From sequence record NC_014260.1: a stretch of 64,000 nt of DNA. One strand, 5' to 3'. The translations under genes and the position numbers were made by a program. Shown here piece after piece: positions 36,216-45,175 of this stretch. The notes below the pieces were generated by a model. It was given only the letters and a program-made list of their open reading frames with translations. It was not told the DNA's origin and did not search any database. The stretch's first letter is position 1, and every line of letters begins with the position of its first letter. This DNA is from Escherichia phage IME08.

Positions 36216-37234
36216 CGTGTAACCTCATTATAAAGTTGTGCAGCCATAGTCTTAAGGGCTTTAACATCGTCTTCAGTGTGGCCATCAGGAAGGGCGTCGA
36301 TATAATCATACATCATATCCAAGAGGGACTTAACTTCATCTTCCTCTTCAGAATCATCGATATCAACACTGTTATCTACCTTAGACACGATACGTAAAGA
36401 ATGGACGACCTTTTCAAGCTCTGATTCGAACTTAGTAAGGCCATCATCGATTTTATCGACTATAACACGAACTGCAATATTTGTAAAATCTTTGTAATCG
36501 ATAGTCGCGTTAGGATAATGAATCTTACGGTGCCAACAGGTTTCATTGATGACGAAATCCATTGTATGGGTTTCTGTATCGAAAATCCAGAAGCCGCGAG
36601 GGTCGTTTTCATCACCTGCAGTCAGGGTCCATGGCGTACCAATATACTTAACGTTTGCTGCATCAGAAATAGTGTGGAAGTGGCCTGACCAAACTTGCTT
36701 ATACCTCTTAAGGAAATCAGGTTCTAAACCATGAGATTTCATTCCTTTATAGAAATAGAAACCATTTAATTCCCAGTGACCTATACAGAAATCTGCTGTA
36801 GTATTTTTGATATGGTCCATGATATCAGTAGTGTTTTCTTCACACATCCATGGAATCAAATCAATTTCGGTACCATCAAAGTTAACCGTAGTAGGTTTCT
36901 CAATAACCTTGATATGGTCGTATTTACCCAGAACTTCAGAAGCAGCGTTCGGAGTCAAGGTATTTTTGTAGTGTGCATCATGGTTGCCGACGACAGTATA
37001 CATGGTAATGCCGTTGGTTTTAAGCAAATCTGAAATATGTCTAGCAAATTCCATACACTTATGAGTAATTGCTTTACGAACATCAAAAATATCACCATAC
37101 TGAATCCAGACAGTGATACCATTTGCTTTAGAATAATTGATGGCATCTTTGATGCCTGCCAATTGGATGTTTTGCACCCAAGGGTCGTCGTTCTTCACTC
37201 CAAGGTGCCAGTCACCCGTATTAAGAATTTTCAT
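36212..37234 (-). CDS. 47: recombination endonuclease subunit (Mre11/SbcD-like phosphoesterase)
   Basis: start set at MKILNTGDWHLG (phosphoesterase motif I); GNHD motif present. Confidence 0.9.
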   Translation of the reverse strand: MKILNTGDWHLGVKNDDPWVQNIQLAGIKDAINYSKANGITVWIQYGDIFDVRKAITHKCMEFARHISDLLKTNGITMYTVVGNHDAHYKNTLTPNAASEVLGKYDHIKVIEKPTTVNFDGTEIDLIPWMCEENTTDIMDHIKNTTADFCIGHWELNGFYFYKGMKSHGLEPDFLKRYKQVWSGHFHTISDAANVKYIGTPWTLTAGDENDPRGFWIFDTETHTMDFVINETCWHRKIHYPNATIDYKDFTNIAVRVIVDKIDDGLTKFESELEKVVHSLRIVSKVDNSVDIDDSEEEDEVKSLLDMMYDYIDALPDGHTEDDVKALKTMAAQLYNEVTR

Positions 37235-37838
37235 TACGTATTCGTTCCCACATTTTGGAGGCTGCTTTAGAAGCAGAGCCAGGAAGTTTACCTTTGACCC
37301 ACCCATCAGGAATATTAGATGGGTTAATCAGTTTATGTTCTATTCCGTTATTATACCACTTCCTGCCCTTATTATGACTAGATGCTTTATAATTAGGTGA
37401 ACGACCTTCTACATATCCTTCGGGGACTGTAGGTGCAAAGGTTTGTTCTAATGTAACAGGATTATAGGAATGAATATACCCTTTAGCATTATGAGAGCCG
37501 TAAAGAGGGTGTTGCTCTTTAGGTAGCGAAAGCCCAAAGAATCCTTTAGGAGCTGCGACAGCCCTATTAAAGAATAGAGGATTTTGGGCTGCATCGGTTC
37601 TTAACTGGTACATTCTTTCAGCTTCTAAAGCCTCTTCTCTTGTAGGGTGTTCACTTACAATACATGAGTCAAATAATTCTGGATGCTCTAAAAGCTCATT
37701 TTTATAGATTTCTTTATATGCTTTAGAAAGGACACTCCCGTGATATCCTTTTAAATGCTTCTCTAAAGTGGTAGACCCTATATAAAACGGTGGAAGCTTA
37801 GTCCCGGAATATATTGTCAGGTATGTGATGTATTTCAT
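37221..37838 (-). CDS. GIY-YIG homing endonuclease (Seg-like)
   Basis: 205 aa; N-terminal YLTIYSG...FYIGST GIY-YIG motif; C-terminal NUMOD-like GRKWYNNG. Confidence 0.7.
   Translation of the reverse strand: MKYITYLTIYSGTKLPPFYIGSTTLEKHLKGYHGSVLSKAYKEIYKNELLEHPELFDSCIVSEHPTREEALEAERMYQLRTDAAQNPLFFNRAVAAPKGFFGLSLPKEQHPLYGSHNAKGYIHSYNPVTLEQTFAPTVPEGYVEGRSPNYKASSHNKGRKWYNNGIEHKLINPSNIPDGWVKGKLPGSASKAASKMWERIRNENS
37221..37838 (-). mobile_element. seg-like homing endonuclease gene where T4 carries alpha-gt
   Basis: located between gene 47 and gene 55. Confidence 0.55.
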
Positions 37839-37865
37839 AGATTTATTTTATCATCCATTCAGAAA

Positions 37866-37890
37866 GCAAAAAAGGAGCCTAAGCTCCTTT
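37866..37890 (-). terminator. GGAGC-UUAG-GCUCC hairpin + U6
   Basis: minus strand GGAGCttagGCTCCttttttgc. Confidence 0.6.
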
Positions 37891-38110
37891 ACCAACTAAT
37901 ACACCATACAGAGGTTCGTGATTAGACCTGAACTTGATAGGCTTATATGTAATAGTACCTTCATTTTCTGCTTTAATACGAGCGGCTTCAAATTTAAGCA
38001 ACATCTCATTTTTGTCAGATTTAATCTTATCAAAATCCATCGAATTCGTCATTCATACAACCTCTTAAACTTTTTCGTATTCGTCTTTCATTAGCCACCT
38101 GTCCATGTTA

Positions 38111-38311
38111 TCATCGTTGCCACCATTTCTTAAGTTGGTGTGAATCCACCCAAACCTTGGCTACAGGCTCAATCCGAAAAATTTCATCGGAATATTGACC
38201 CATCATTTTGTATTCGGTTTCGGACTGCTTAATACAGATATTACCGTATGAGCGAAGTCTAAAGGCGGCTCCAATAAGAAGCCGTTTAAAGGGTTTATTT
38301 ACTAGAGCCAT
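38111..38311 (-). CDS. hypothetical protein
   Basis: 66 aa ORF. Confidence 0.35.
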   Translation of the reverse strand: MALVNKPFKRLLIGAAFRLRSYGNICIKQSETEYKMMGQYSDEIFRIEPVAKVWVDSHQLKKWWQR

Positions 38312-38606
38312 TGACGATTTCCCAAATTTGTTTGCGGGTAGATTCCCACATCAATTGAACAAGTTCATCAGTAACAGGTTGACGGTAAATACCACGTAAT
38401 TTAATTAAAGCGTACTTATATGCTTCAAAGTTGTTTTCAAGTACAGCGCCTTGGGCATGGAGATTTAAACGACGGATTTCACGAGCATTCTTCTTAAGAA
38501 TCTTAGCCGCTTGAGAATTAGCTTCTTTAATATTGTGCTCTTCTAAACGTTGCTGGGCTTCTTCAATTTGCTCATCAGTCAATTGAGAAATGTCATGGCT
38601 TTGCAT
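38295..38606 (-). CDS. hypothetical protein
   Basis: 103 aa ORF. Confidence 0.4.
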   Translation of the reverse strand: MQSHDISQLTDEQIEEAQQRLEEHNIKEANSQAAKILKKNAREIRRLNLHAQGAVLENNFEAYKYALIKLRGIYRQPVTDELVQLMWESTRKQIWEIVNGSSK

Positions 38607-38607
38607 A

Positions 38608-38838
38608 TTAATCCTTTGGAGTCAATTCAATAGTGAAGTAGAAATTAGCGTTCTCAACATGATAACGATAATCTACGTTATTGTCAGGAGAAGTGAATTC
38701 AATATTCCTGACGTTAAGTGGGTCAATATCAATAGGAAGGCCTTTAACATCCCGTAATATCAATTTAATAAAATAAGGGAGTGCTTCGAAGTCTTCCATT
38801 CCATCTAAAAGTGGAGTGATATTAATCTGATGTTCCAT
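38608..38838 (-). CDS. hypothetical protein
   Basis: internal Met start chosen to limit overlap with gene 55. Confidence 0.4.
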   Translation of the reverse strand: MEHQINITPLLDGMEDFEALPYFIKLILRDVKGLPIDIDPLNVRNIEFTSPDNNVDYRYHVENANFYFTIELTPKD

Positions 38839-39379
38839 ATAAAAAATCCAGTTCACCGACTTTAGGTTCGGCACTCTTATCAGACCCTGGTGCTTTAGTT
38901 AAAGAGGTTTCATACTGAGTCATTTTGTCGTAGATATCTTGGATAAAGGTTTCATCTGCGATACCTACCATGTCGTCATCATTACTGTCATAGACGTTAT
39001 GGACGAAGTAGCTATATTTCTTTGCCATTTCTTTACGTTCTTTTTTGATACGCTGAACGAAGGCATTAAAACAAGCCATAGTGATATATGCATGTGGGTT
39101 GTCGTATTTTGTTTCGTCGAAGTTGTGAAGACCTTTAATCGAAGCTTCGATTCCATCAGCAATCATTTCTTGCTTCCAAGATTGGGTATATCCTGAGAAG
39201 TTGAAACGTTTACTTAGTCCTTCAGCAATGAGCATAATAGCCAAGCCAATAACGTCGTTCTGGCGAACTATTTTATTAGGATCAGTATTTTCTCTGAGCT
39301 CTGTTTTCCATTGGGTAATAGCTTTCAGAAGCTCCTTATTATTTACATAGTTATTTTTAGTCAGTTTAATTTCGGTCAT
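38822..39379 (-). CDS. 55: late-transcription sigma factor
   Basis: 185 aa; same length as T4 gp55; position after gene 47. Confidence 0.85.
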   Translation of the reverse strand: MTEIKLTKNNYVNNKELLKAITQWKTELRENTDPNKIVRQNDVIGLAIMLIAEGLSKRFNFSGYTQSWKQEMIADGIEASIKGLHNFDETKYDNPHAYITMACFNAFVQRIKKERKEMAKKYSYFVHNVYDSNDDDMVGIADETFIQDIYDKMTQYETSLTKAPGSDKSAEPKVGELDFLYGTSD

Positions 39380-39445
39380 TGTTACCTCAGATAACTCAAA
39401 TCATAGGTCTATTATATCATGGTATTTGAAGACCCTTTTAAAGCA

Positions 39446-39709
39446 TCAACGGAGTAAGCAATAAGCCTGAAATACTGTTTCAAGGATTTTTTTGAACTCT
39501 TCAAAGGAAGGAGCTCCTTCAAACCCTTGGCTTTGAATGTAAAGACAGAATTGTTGGTAAAGGACCAAATATTCTGATTGGTTATATTTGGAAATATGGG
39601 ACTTCCATACTTCAGAAGTCTCTCCACAAATAAACTCAACATTCATATAACTATCTATTAAGAAAATCCCTAGTCCTTCGTAGGCGAGGGTAGTGGATAC
39701 AGGGGTCAT
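39446..39709 (-). CDS. hypothetical protein
   Basis: 87 aa ORF; preferred over overlapping 39412..39642 frame. Confidence 0.4.
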   Translation of the reverse strand: MTPVSTTLAYEGLGIFLIDSYMNVEFICGETSEVWKSHISKYNQSEYLVLYQQFCLYIQSQGFEGAPSFEEFKKILETVFQAYCLLR

Positions 39710-39972
39710 TGTAGGAATCGAGCTCCTTCCAGTGCGTCATCAAGATTATCAAACTCATCGACGTAATCAACACCGCCAACTTCATCCTTCGCATAAAGCC
39801 AGTACTGTTTAAATTCGTATTCGATGATAAAGTGGTCACCCTCAATCTGGAGAGTCCCATCACCATTAAATTGAACTGCATAACCTGTAAAGCGGACATC
39901 ATTCAAGAGTTCTTCTTTCATAGCAATCATTTCCAAGTTTTTATCGTAATTAGAGAGTTTTATTTTAATCAT
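39706..39972 (-). CDS. hypothetical protein
   Basis: 88 aa ORF with 4-nt stop/start overlaps on both sides. Confidence 0.45.
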   Translation of the reverse strand: MIKIKLSNYDKNLEMIAMKEELLNDVRFTGYAVQFNGDGTLQIEGDHFIIEYEFKQYWLYAKDEVGGVDYVDEFDNLDDALEGARFLQ

Positions 39973-40213
39973 TCAAATAATCCTCAAATTCATTTAATGT
40001 CATGCCTTCATCCCAAGCTATTTTTGGGTCAGGCATTTTCATATAAGTGGTTTTAGAGCTTATAGGAAATATCCTGAAATCACGATGACTTCCACTTAGC
40101 ATCTTAGCCGCTTTTATAATAGTTTCAATATTATTCATCATGGGTGTACGTTGGAACCCGGCTAAAGCTTTAAGGACTATTATAACCGATACACCCTCAG
40201 GCAAATTATTCAT
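39965..40213 (-). CDS. hypothetical protein
   Basis: 82 aa ORF. Confidence 0.45.
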   Translation of the reverse strand: MNNLPEGVSVIIVLKALAGFQRTPMMNNIETIIKAAKMLSGSHRDFRIFPISSKTTYMKMPDPKIAWDEGMTLNEFEDYLND

Positions 40214-40596
40214 TTAGCTGCCTTAACAATTTTCAGGTCGACGAATTTTTTCTTACGTTGGTTTTTCATACGACGGATAGTTTTATCCGTGATTTCACCA
40301 GGGCACCAAGCTTTGGATTCAACACCAAAGGCAGCGACATCGAATTCATCAAGGATATATTGGACCAGGATTTCACGAATACCATTCTTACCAATTTTCT
40401 GGTCTTTGGAGTGCATGATTGGTAACAGTTCGGCAACCCATTGGTCAAGAACCTGAGGAGTTACAAAACCTGTTTTCATCAGTTCGTTTACTTTATCGAA
40501 AGCGAAAGAGTTCAGTACGTTTTTAATTGCTTGTGACATAATAATTTCCTCAGTTTTAAAGTTATAATCCGTAGGACCATTATACTCTGGTCCCAA
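40210..40596 (-). CDS. hypothetical protein
   Basis: 128 aa ORF. Confidence 0.5.
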   Translation of the reverse strand: MGPEYNGPTDYNFKTEEIIMSQAIKNVLNSFAFDKVNELMKTGFVTPQVLDQWVAELLPIMHSKDQKIGKNGIREILVQYILDEFDVAAFGVESKAWCPGEITDKTIRRMKNQRKKKFVDLKIVKAAK

Positions 40597-40607
40597 GAGT
40601 TTGTAAA

Positions 40608-40808
40608 CTATTTTTGTGCTTTAGCGCCTTTCCAACCTTCGAACATCATTGCTGCGGAAATTAACAAAGCGCCTGAACAAGCTGAATATTTGTGGTTCCA
40701 AAACCAGTTCAGAAAAACTTCGTCATCAATACCTTGGGCTATCATATTTTCAAAGAACTGACGACGGGCTTCAGAAATTTGCTGTGATAATTTAGATTCA
40801 GGATTCAT
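40608..40808 (-). CDS. hypothetical protein
   Basis: 66 aa ORF. Confidence 0.4.
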   Translation of the reverse strand: MNPESKLSQQISEARRQFFENMIAQGIDDEVFLNWFWNHKYSACSGALLISAAMMFEGWKGAKAQK

Positions 40809-40947
40809 TTAAATTTTCCAATTGCCATTTTCATCAATGAATTTAACCCAGTCATTTACTGACCACTTGGTTGTATCGCCTTTTGGAGCAACATTTAAAG
40901 TATACAACCCTTGCTTAAAAAGCATTCGTTTGATATTCATAGTTTCC

Positions 40948-41241
40948 TCAGCTGTAACGATAACATTCGTTTGATTTACGTTTTGCAACTTGATGAGAAG
41001 TATTGTAATCAGGTTCATCATCGTTGTAAACATCTTTTTTCAGCTTTCTCACTTCTTTACGAAGTTGGCGGTTCATTTCATTCTTAACTTCTGAGTCAAC
41101 GCCTCTCATACGTTTCCACTTGTCGGAACGGAAGATATTTTCTTCAACCAAATCCTGACTTACGCCGACCGGTGCTTTACGACGCCCGGAATAATAAAAA
41201 TCTTTTACAGACAATTCTTTACGACGGATAGTTTTACCCAT
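40948..41241 (-). CDS. hypothetical basic protein
   Basis: 97 aa, Lys/Arg-rich. Confidence 0.4.
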   Translation of the reverse strand: MGKTIRRKELSVKDFYYSGRRKAPVGVSQDLVEENIFRSDKWKRMRGVDSEVKNEMNRQLRKEVRKLKKDVYNDDEPDYNTSHQVAKRKSNECYRYS

Positions 41242-41243
41242 AG

Positions 41244-41498
41244 TTACCTCAGCAGTTTGTATCCAATAAGATTTTTAATGTATTGGACATCTTTGACATC
41301 CAAATCTAACTTAATATCTTTCAGGCGTTCAGCCAGAGTAAGAAATGTTACACGTTTCCAATTCTTAACAGGACAGCAATAAGTTTTAGGGCCGTTGGCG
41401 ATTTCAATATTCTTATCAGTGACGGTGAGAAAAATCAGGCGCTCATCATCCAGATTAAGGGTAATGATATTTTTCATTGAATGTAATTTCAGGCTCAT
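41244..41498 (-). CDS. hypothetical protein
   Basis: 84 aa ORF. Confidence 0.4.
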   Translation of the reverse strand: MSLKLHSMKNIITLNLDDERLIFLTVTDKNIEIANGPKTYCCPVKNWKRVTFLTLAERLKDIKLDLDVKDVQYIKNLIGYKLLR

Positions 41499-41677
41499 AA
41501 TTTAATTTCCTTAGCTATCGAACAAAACAAACTACGGTCACATACCATCAATGGAATATTTCTATGGTCTAGTACACGATACCATACGTCTGAATCGCTA
41601 GCAGCAATTACACGAACCGCACGCCCATTTACCAAATAATACTGGTCGGCTTTAATTTCTTTATCTTGGATAGTCAT
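41495..41677 (-). CDS. hypothetical protein
   Basis: 60 aa ORF with early promoter upstream. Confidence 0.4.
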   Translation of the reverse strand: MTIQDKEIKADQYYLVNGRAVRVIAASDSDVWYRVLDHRNIPLMVCDRSLFCSIAKEIKL

Positions 41678-41696
41678 AATGTTCTCCTCATGTGTT

Positions 41697-41735
41697 GATA
41701 GGATAGACTATAACATGTGAGGAGAGGAAGTAAAC
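41697..41735 (-). promoter_or_regulatory. sigma70-type early promoter (GTTTAC, 17 nt, TATAGT)
   Basis: gttgataggatagactata...gtaaac. Confidence 0.5.
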
Positions 41736-41736
41736 A

Positions 41737-42054
41737 CTAATCTTCAATTAAATCTCGGTCATAACCAAGTTCAATCAAAAGTGACTTAAAGGCAGGAATA
41801 TTTTCTATTTTCTTATTATCGACAAATATGACAGGATAGCGTATCGCTAAGCTCTTGAAGCCTGCACGTTTGGCCAATGATACTATAAGAGGCTTGTCAT
41901 ATACTGCGCCTGACGGCGTCTGATTAATCACAGGATAGAAAGTATGTGGGATAGAAAGGGAATTTAGGAGCGATAGAACAGCAATGCACCCTGGACAGCG
42001 CATGACTGTCTCAGGGATACCATAAATCTCAATTTTAGTTAACTTTTGGTCCAC
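41737..42054 (-). CDS. glutaredoxin-like protein (CPGC active site), possibly NrdH
   Basis: 105 aa; CxxC motif RCPGCIAV early in sequence. Confidence 0.5.
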   Translation of the reverse strand: MDQKLTKIEIYGIPETVMRCPGCIAVLSLLNSLSIPHTFYPVINQTPSGAVYDKPLIVSLAKRAGFKSLAIRYPVIFVDNKKIENIPAFKSLLIELGYDRDLIED

Positions 42055-42331
42055 AGGAAATAACTCCTTGGTAGTCCCAGGTTTTTAGAACTTCGTCTTC
42101 ATTAGTTCCGTATGGAACGTAAACCTGTACAAGGAACCCGGTATCATCAAAAGAGAAGTAGACAGTAGGTTTAATACCATGAATCTCTGACAGAGCATAG
42201 ATGTCCTTGAGGTCGTCTTCCTTACCTTTAAAGAATTCCGGGTTCAGGTCACAGTCATGGAAGTACCAATCATCACCGAATTTGTCCCAGGCGGTCCAAT
42301 TGGTAGCTACATACTCTTCAAAACGTTTCAT
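42035..42331 (-). CDS. hypothetical protein
   Basis: 98 aa ORF. Confidence 0.45.
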   Translation of the reverse strand: MKRFEEYVATNWTAWDKFGDDWYFHDCDLNPEFFKGKEDDLKDIYALSEIHGIKPTVYFSFDDTGFLVQVYVPYGTNEDEVLKTWDYQGVISCGPKVN

Positions 42332-42543
42332 TCTTTCACCTTCATCATTTTAGAAATAACACCGTGAACAGCCTGGATTCGTTTTTCGAACTCAGACCCT
42401 TCAAGACCTTTTTCAGTACTCAGGGCACCGATAATAACAAACAGTAATCCAAACGGGATGACCAGGATTAAAAGGCATACGATAAACAGGGCAAATGTAA
42501 TATTGGCCAGGATATCGGAAACAGCATTACGAAATTTGTTCAT
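42328..42543 (-). CDS. small membrane protein
   Basis: ATG at 42543 (MNKFRNAVSD...), hydrophobic core; the track's longer form starts at GTG. Confidence 0.45.
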   Translation of the reverse strand: MNKFRNAVSDILANITFALFIVCLLILVIPFGLLFVIIGALSTEKGLEGSEFEKRIQAVHGVISKMMKVKE

Positions 42544-42668
42544 TAAAGAACCCACATGTTAGTTACAACAAATAACCATTGAGCAGGATACTCAACACCC
42601 ATAATACGCACCGCATCGTTCAGAGATTCGGTTAAAGCATAAAATGTGTAGCCATAAAAATTAATCAT
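42543..42668 (-). CDS. small hypothetical protein
   Basis: 41 aa hand-translated; ATGA overlap with gene 49 stop and TAATG overlap with next gene. Confidence 0.35.
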   Translation of the reverse strand: MINFYGYTFYALTESLNDAVRIMGVEYPAQWLFVVTNMWVL

Positions 42669-43138
42669 TTAAGCGATTTCCTCAGTTGTTTTTTAAACGA
42701 ATCGACCATTTGTTTCTTAGTAGCAGATTCATTATAAGTCATTCCATGTGAAAGCATTTCAGCAATCATTTCTTCCTTACCCAACCTGCTGAACTCTTTG
42801 GTTTTATCGGGAACGAAATTAGGATGAATATTGTTTTCAGTATAATCAGCTTTCAGATAGACCAGCAAATTCTCTAACCATTCGAGGTAGTCAACGTTTT
42901 GACCTTTAAGACCAGAACGGTTGAACTTATGCTTCATTTGTCCTTCTGCAGCATTGCACAGGTTACATAGTAAACCACGAACCTTACCGGCTTTTGGCCC
43001 GTTTAACTCGTGGTCGTGGTCAAGGTGGTTACTTTGAACATCAGGGTTTAATTCACGTTTACAAATCAAACACTTACCACATTGTGCATCATAAAGTTTT
43101 TGTTTTTCTTCTTTGTATAATTTGCCGGTCAACAACAT
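42665..43138 (-). CDS. 49: endonuclease VII (Holliday junction resolvase)
   Basis: 157 aa; MLLTGKLYKEEKQK...HLDHDHELNGPKAGKVRGLLCNLCNAAEG nearly identical to recalled T4 gp49. Confidence 0.95.
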   Translation of the reverse strand: MLLTGKLYKEEKQKLYDAQCGKCLICKRELNPDVQSNHLDHDHELNGPKAGKVRGLLCNLCNAAEGQMKHKFNRSGLKGQNVDYLEWLENLLVYLKADYTENNIHPNFVPDKTKEFSRLGKEEMIAEMLSHGMTYNESATKKQMVDSFKKQLRKSLK

Positions 43139-43443
43139 AATAAACCCTTACCATTATTAGATAAGGGTATTTATTAATATCCTAATAGTTTAGCAGTGCA
43201 ACTTAGCACTAACAACAATCCGAATAAAACAACTCCTACCCAAAATACCGTAATAAGAGCATCCATATCAGACCCCATAGAACGAACGATGCAAACGTTT
43301 GAATTGACGAATCATCTTTTTAGTAGGACGGGTGTATAATCCTACACAGGTGGCCATAAACTGGTCGGTAGGACTTCCTTTGATAAGAAGTTTCCAGACC
43401 TTACCACCATTCAACTTTTCGGTATAGACTAATTTAGTTTTCA

Positions 43444-43659
43444 TCAGAACGCCTCGTCGGAAAAGCGAAGTTGAGCTTCAAGCCAATGAATATAATCGGC
43501 TGCAGCTTTAATCAAATCGGATTCTAAGTCAGGTAAAGAACCCGAATCCGACAATTCGTAAAGCGAATGTTCAATCAGACGGCCTTTATGACGGCCAACT
43601 TCAATTTTGGTACCCATATCCAAACTCCATATCGATGAAATCATTGTTTGAAGGTTCAT
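43444..43659 (-). CDS. hypothetical protein
   Basis: 71 aa ORF. Confidence 0.4.
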   Translation of the reverse strand: MNLQTMISSIWSLDMGTKIEVGRHKGRLIEHSLYELSDSGSLPDLESDLIKAAADYIHWLEAQLRFSDEAF

Positions 43660-43733
43660 TATACTCTATTTCGGAATCGTTGTAAACCGGTTCCTCTGGC
43701 TCGGTAGTTTTCCACCGAGCGACATACCATGGC

Positions 43734-44042
43734 TTAACGGTCACACCACCAACTACTTACTTCAAAATCAGGTTCACCGTGTTCCCAGTACCAAGGGCCG
43801 ACTGGATGCCAATCGCCATGTTCATCTTCTTCAAATTCTTCAGATTCAAGCCCAACATATTGCCATTGGACTTCATAAGCGGTGCCACCTATTACAACGG
43901 TGTTCTCGCCATATGGGTGAGCTACAGCAAAGTCTATACCTTCTGCTTTAGCCAACCAAACCATATATTCGTATAGTTTATATTCCAGGTCATCTTCGGT
44001 GCCATCACCTAGAAAAATGGTTTGTTCGTTTAATTCAATCAT
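43734..44042 (-). CDS. hypothetical acidic protein
   Basis: 102 aa, Trp/Glu-rich. Confidence 0.45.
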   Translation of the reverse strand: MIELNEQTIFLGDGTEDDLEYKLYEYMVWLAKAEGIDFAVAHPYGENTVVIGGTAYEVQWQYVGLESEEFEEDEHGDWHPVGPWYWEHGEPDFEVSSWWCDR

Positions 44043-44215
44043 AATTCCACCATAAATTCAAATAGCTGGTCACGTACACAAGTATCAGTCCAGCCCCATT
44101 CGTTGGCTTCTTCTTTTAACCAATCCGGGAGATTTGCCAATACGGTTTCTTTACTAGGCGCAGGAGTATCAAACTCACTTGCGCAGGTTCCATAAGCTAT
44201 ATCAAATTCAGTCAT
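44039..44215 (-). CDS. hypothetical protein
   Basis: internal ATG at 44215 chosen; ATGA overlap with upstream small ORF. Confidence 0.4.
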   Translation of the reverse strand: MTEFDIAYGTCASEFDTPAPSKETVLANLPDWLKEEANEWGWTDTCVRDQLFEFMVEL

Positions 44216-44379
44216 TTGAAGTTCCAGAATGAAGCACCAACCAGAAATAAAGGCCAACAAATCATAGACGTCAGCCACCAACAAAAGTCACCTGCACCGA
44301 AATCATCTAATTTAGCTAGGGTCTTAGCATAACCAATACCGATGATAAGATACAAAATACCCAACAATAATTCAATCAT
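44212..44379 (-). CDS. small membrane protein
   Basis: 55 aa hand-translated (MIELLLGILYLIIGIGYAKTLAKL...); ATGA overlap with nrdC stop. Confidence 0.4.
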   Translation of the reverse strand: MIELLLGILYLIIGIGYAKTLAKLDDFGAGDFCWWLTSMICWPLFLVGASFWNFK

Positions 44380-44639
44380 TTGAAATACGCTCGCAGTTGG
44401 TCAAAGCCGCCAATAGAAGTTCCGTCTGGAGCAAATACCTGAGGCATAGTCAAACCTACCTGAGATTCACGTCCAAGAGCAGCCAGGAGTTCAGCAATCT
44501 TCTCATCATCAAATACGCCTTTTTCCGGCATCACGTTAATGAATTCGTAAGGTTGTTTCTTAACATCAAGCAGACGTTTGGCGTTATCACAGAAAACACA
44601 ACGGTGGATATTTGAATCGTAACCATAAACTTTAAACAT
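44376..44639 (-). CDS. nrdC: thioredoxin/glutaredoxin NrdC
   Basis: 87 aa; MFKVYGYDSNIHRCVFCDNAKRLL... nearly identical to recalled T4 NrdC; CxxC present. Confidence 0.9.
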   Translation of the reverse strand: MFKVYGYDSNIHRCVFCDNAKRLLDVKKQPYEFINVMPEKGVFDDEKIAELLAALGRESQVGLTMPQVFAPDGTSIGGFDQLRAYFK

Positions 44640-44640
44640 T

Positions 44641-44880
44641 TTAAATTCCTAATATTTGTTTGAATGCTTCAGAACGGTCAAGTTCTGTTCCATATTTTTC
44701 CATGTGCTCATATTTTAAATCATACACATCAGATAGTACATTATTATATGAGCGAGTTAAAGCAGATTTCAATACTGAATAACTGTCCGGGAATTTACCA
44801 TGCTCTTTATAATAAGCTACGGTGAGTTCGCGGACTGCCTTATCGGCAGCCTCTACATATTCTTTACGCTTTGCCATTTT
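44641..44880 (-). CDS. hypothetical protein
   Basis: internal Met start [13 protein letters not shown]... chosen to remove the 128-nt overlap. Confidence 0.45.
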   Translation of the reverse strand, partial: KMAKRKEYVEAADKAVRELTVAYYKEHGKFPDSYSVLKSALTRSYNNVLSDVYDLKYEHMEKYGTELDRSEAFKQILGI

Positions 44881-45175
44881 CGTCTCGCTCAAATTTGTGT
44901 TTACAATGGCGGCATTTGTAACGAAGATTACTAGTCTGCCAATGGACCAATTGGACCTGTTCTGTACCACACTCAGGACAGTTAGGAACATCCTTAGAAG
45001 CTTGTTCTCGTCGTGCGACCATAGCCATTACAGCATCCCAATTAACGGCATCACCATAATCATCACAACCATGAATTTTACCAACCAATTCAACTTCAAC
45101 ATCCGCGGCTTTAATAAATTTCAATAAACCGGTATTAGATGCTGAAGCAATATCTTCAGCTAAACGTTGTTTCAT
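44864..45175 (-). CDS. zinc-ribbon protein
   Basis: 103 aa; CPECGTEQ...CRHCKHKF. Confidence 0.5.
   Translation of the reverse strand: MKQRLAEDIASASNTGLLKFIKAADVEVELVGKIHGCDDYGDAVNWDAVMAMVARREQASKDVPNCPECGTEQVQLVHWQTSNLRYKCRHCKHKFERDENGKA

Noticed and set aside
39380-42664. Search for nrdD/nrdG and for alpha-gt/beta-gt homologs
   Set aside because: No ORF of suitable size or with the glycyl-radical or glycosyltransferase signatures I know was seen in this window; their absence is reported as a finding rather than a feature.
43141-43443. Possible 30-34 aa membrane peptide in the gap after gene 49
   Set aside because: No recognisable Shine-Dalgarno sequence for either candidate ATG and no start/stop coupling with neighbours.
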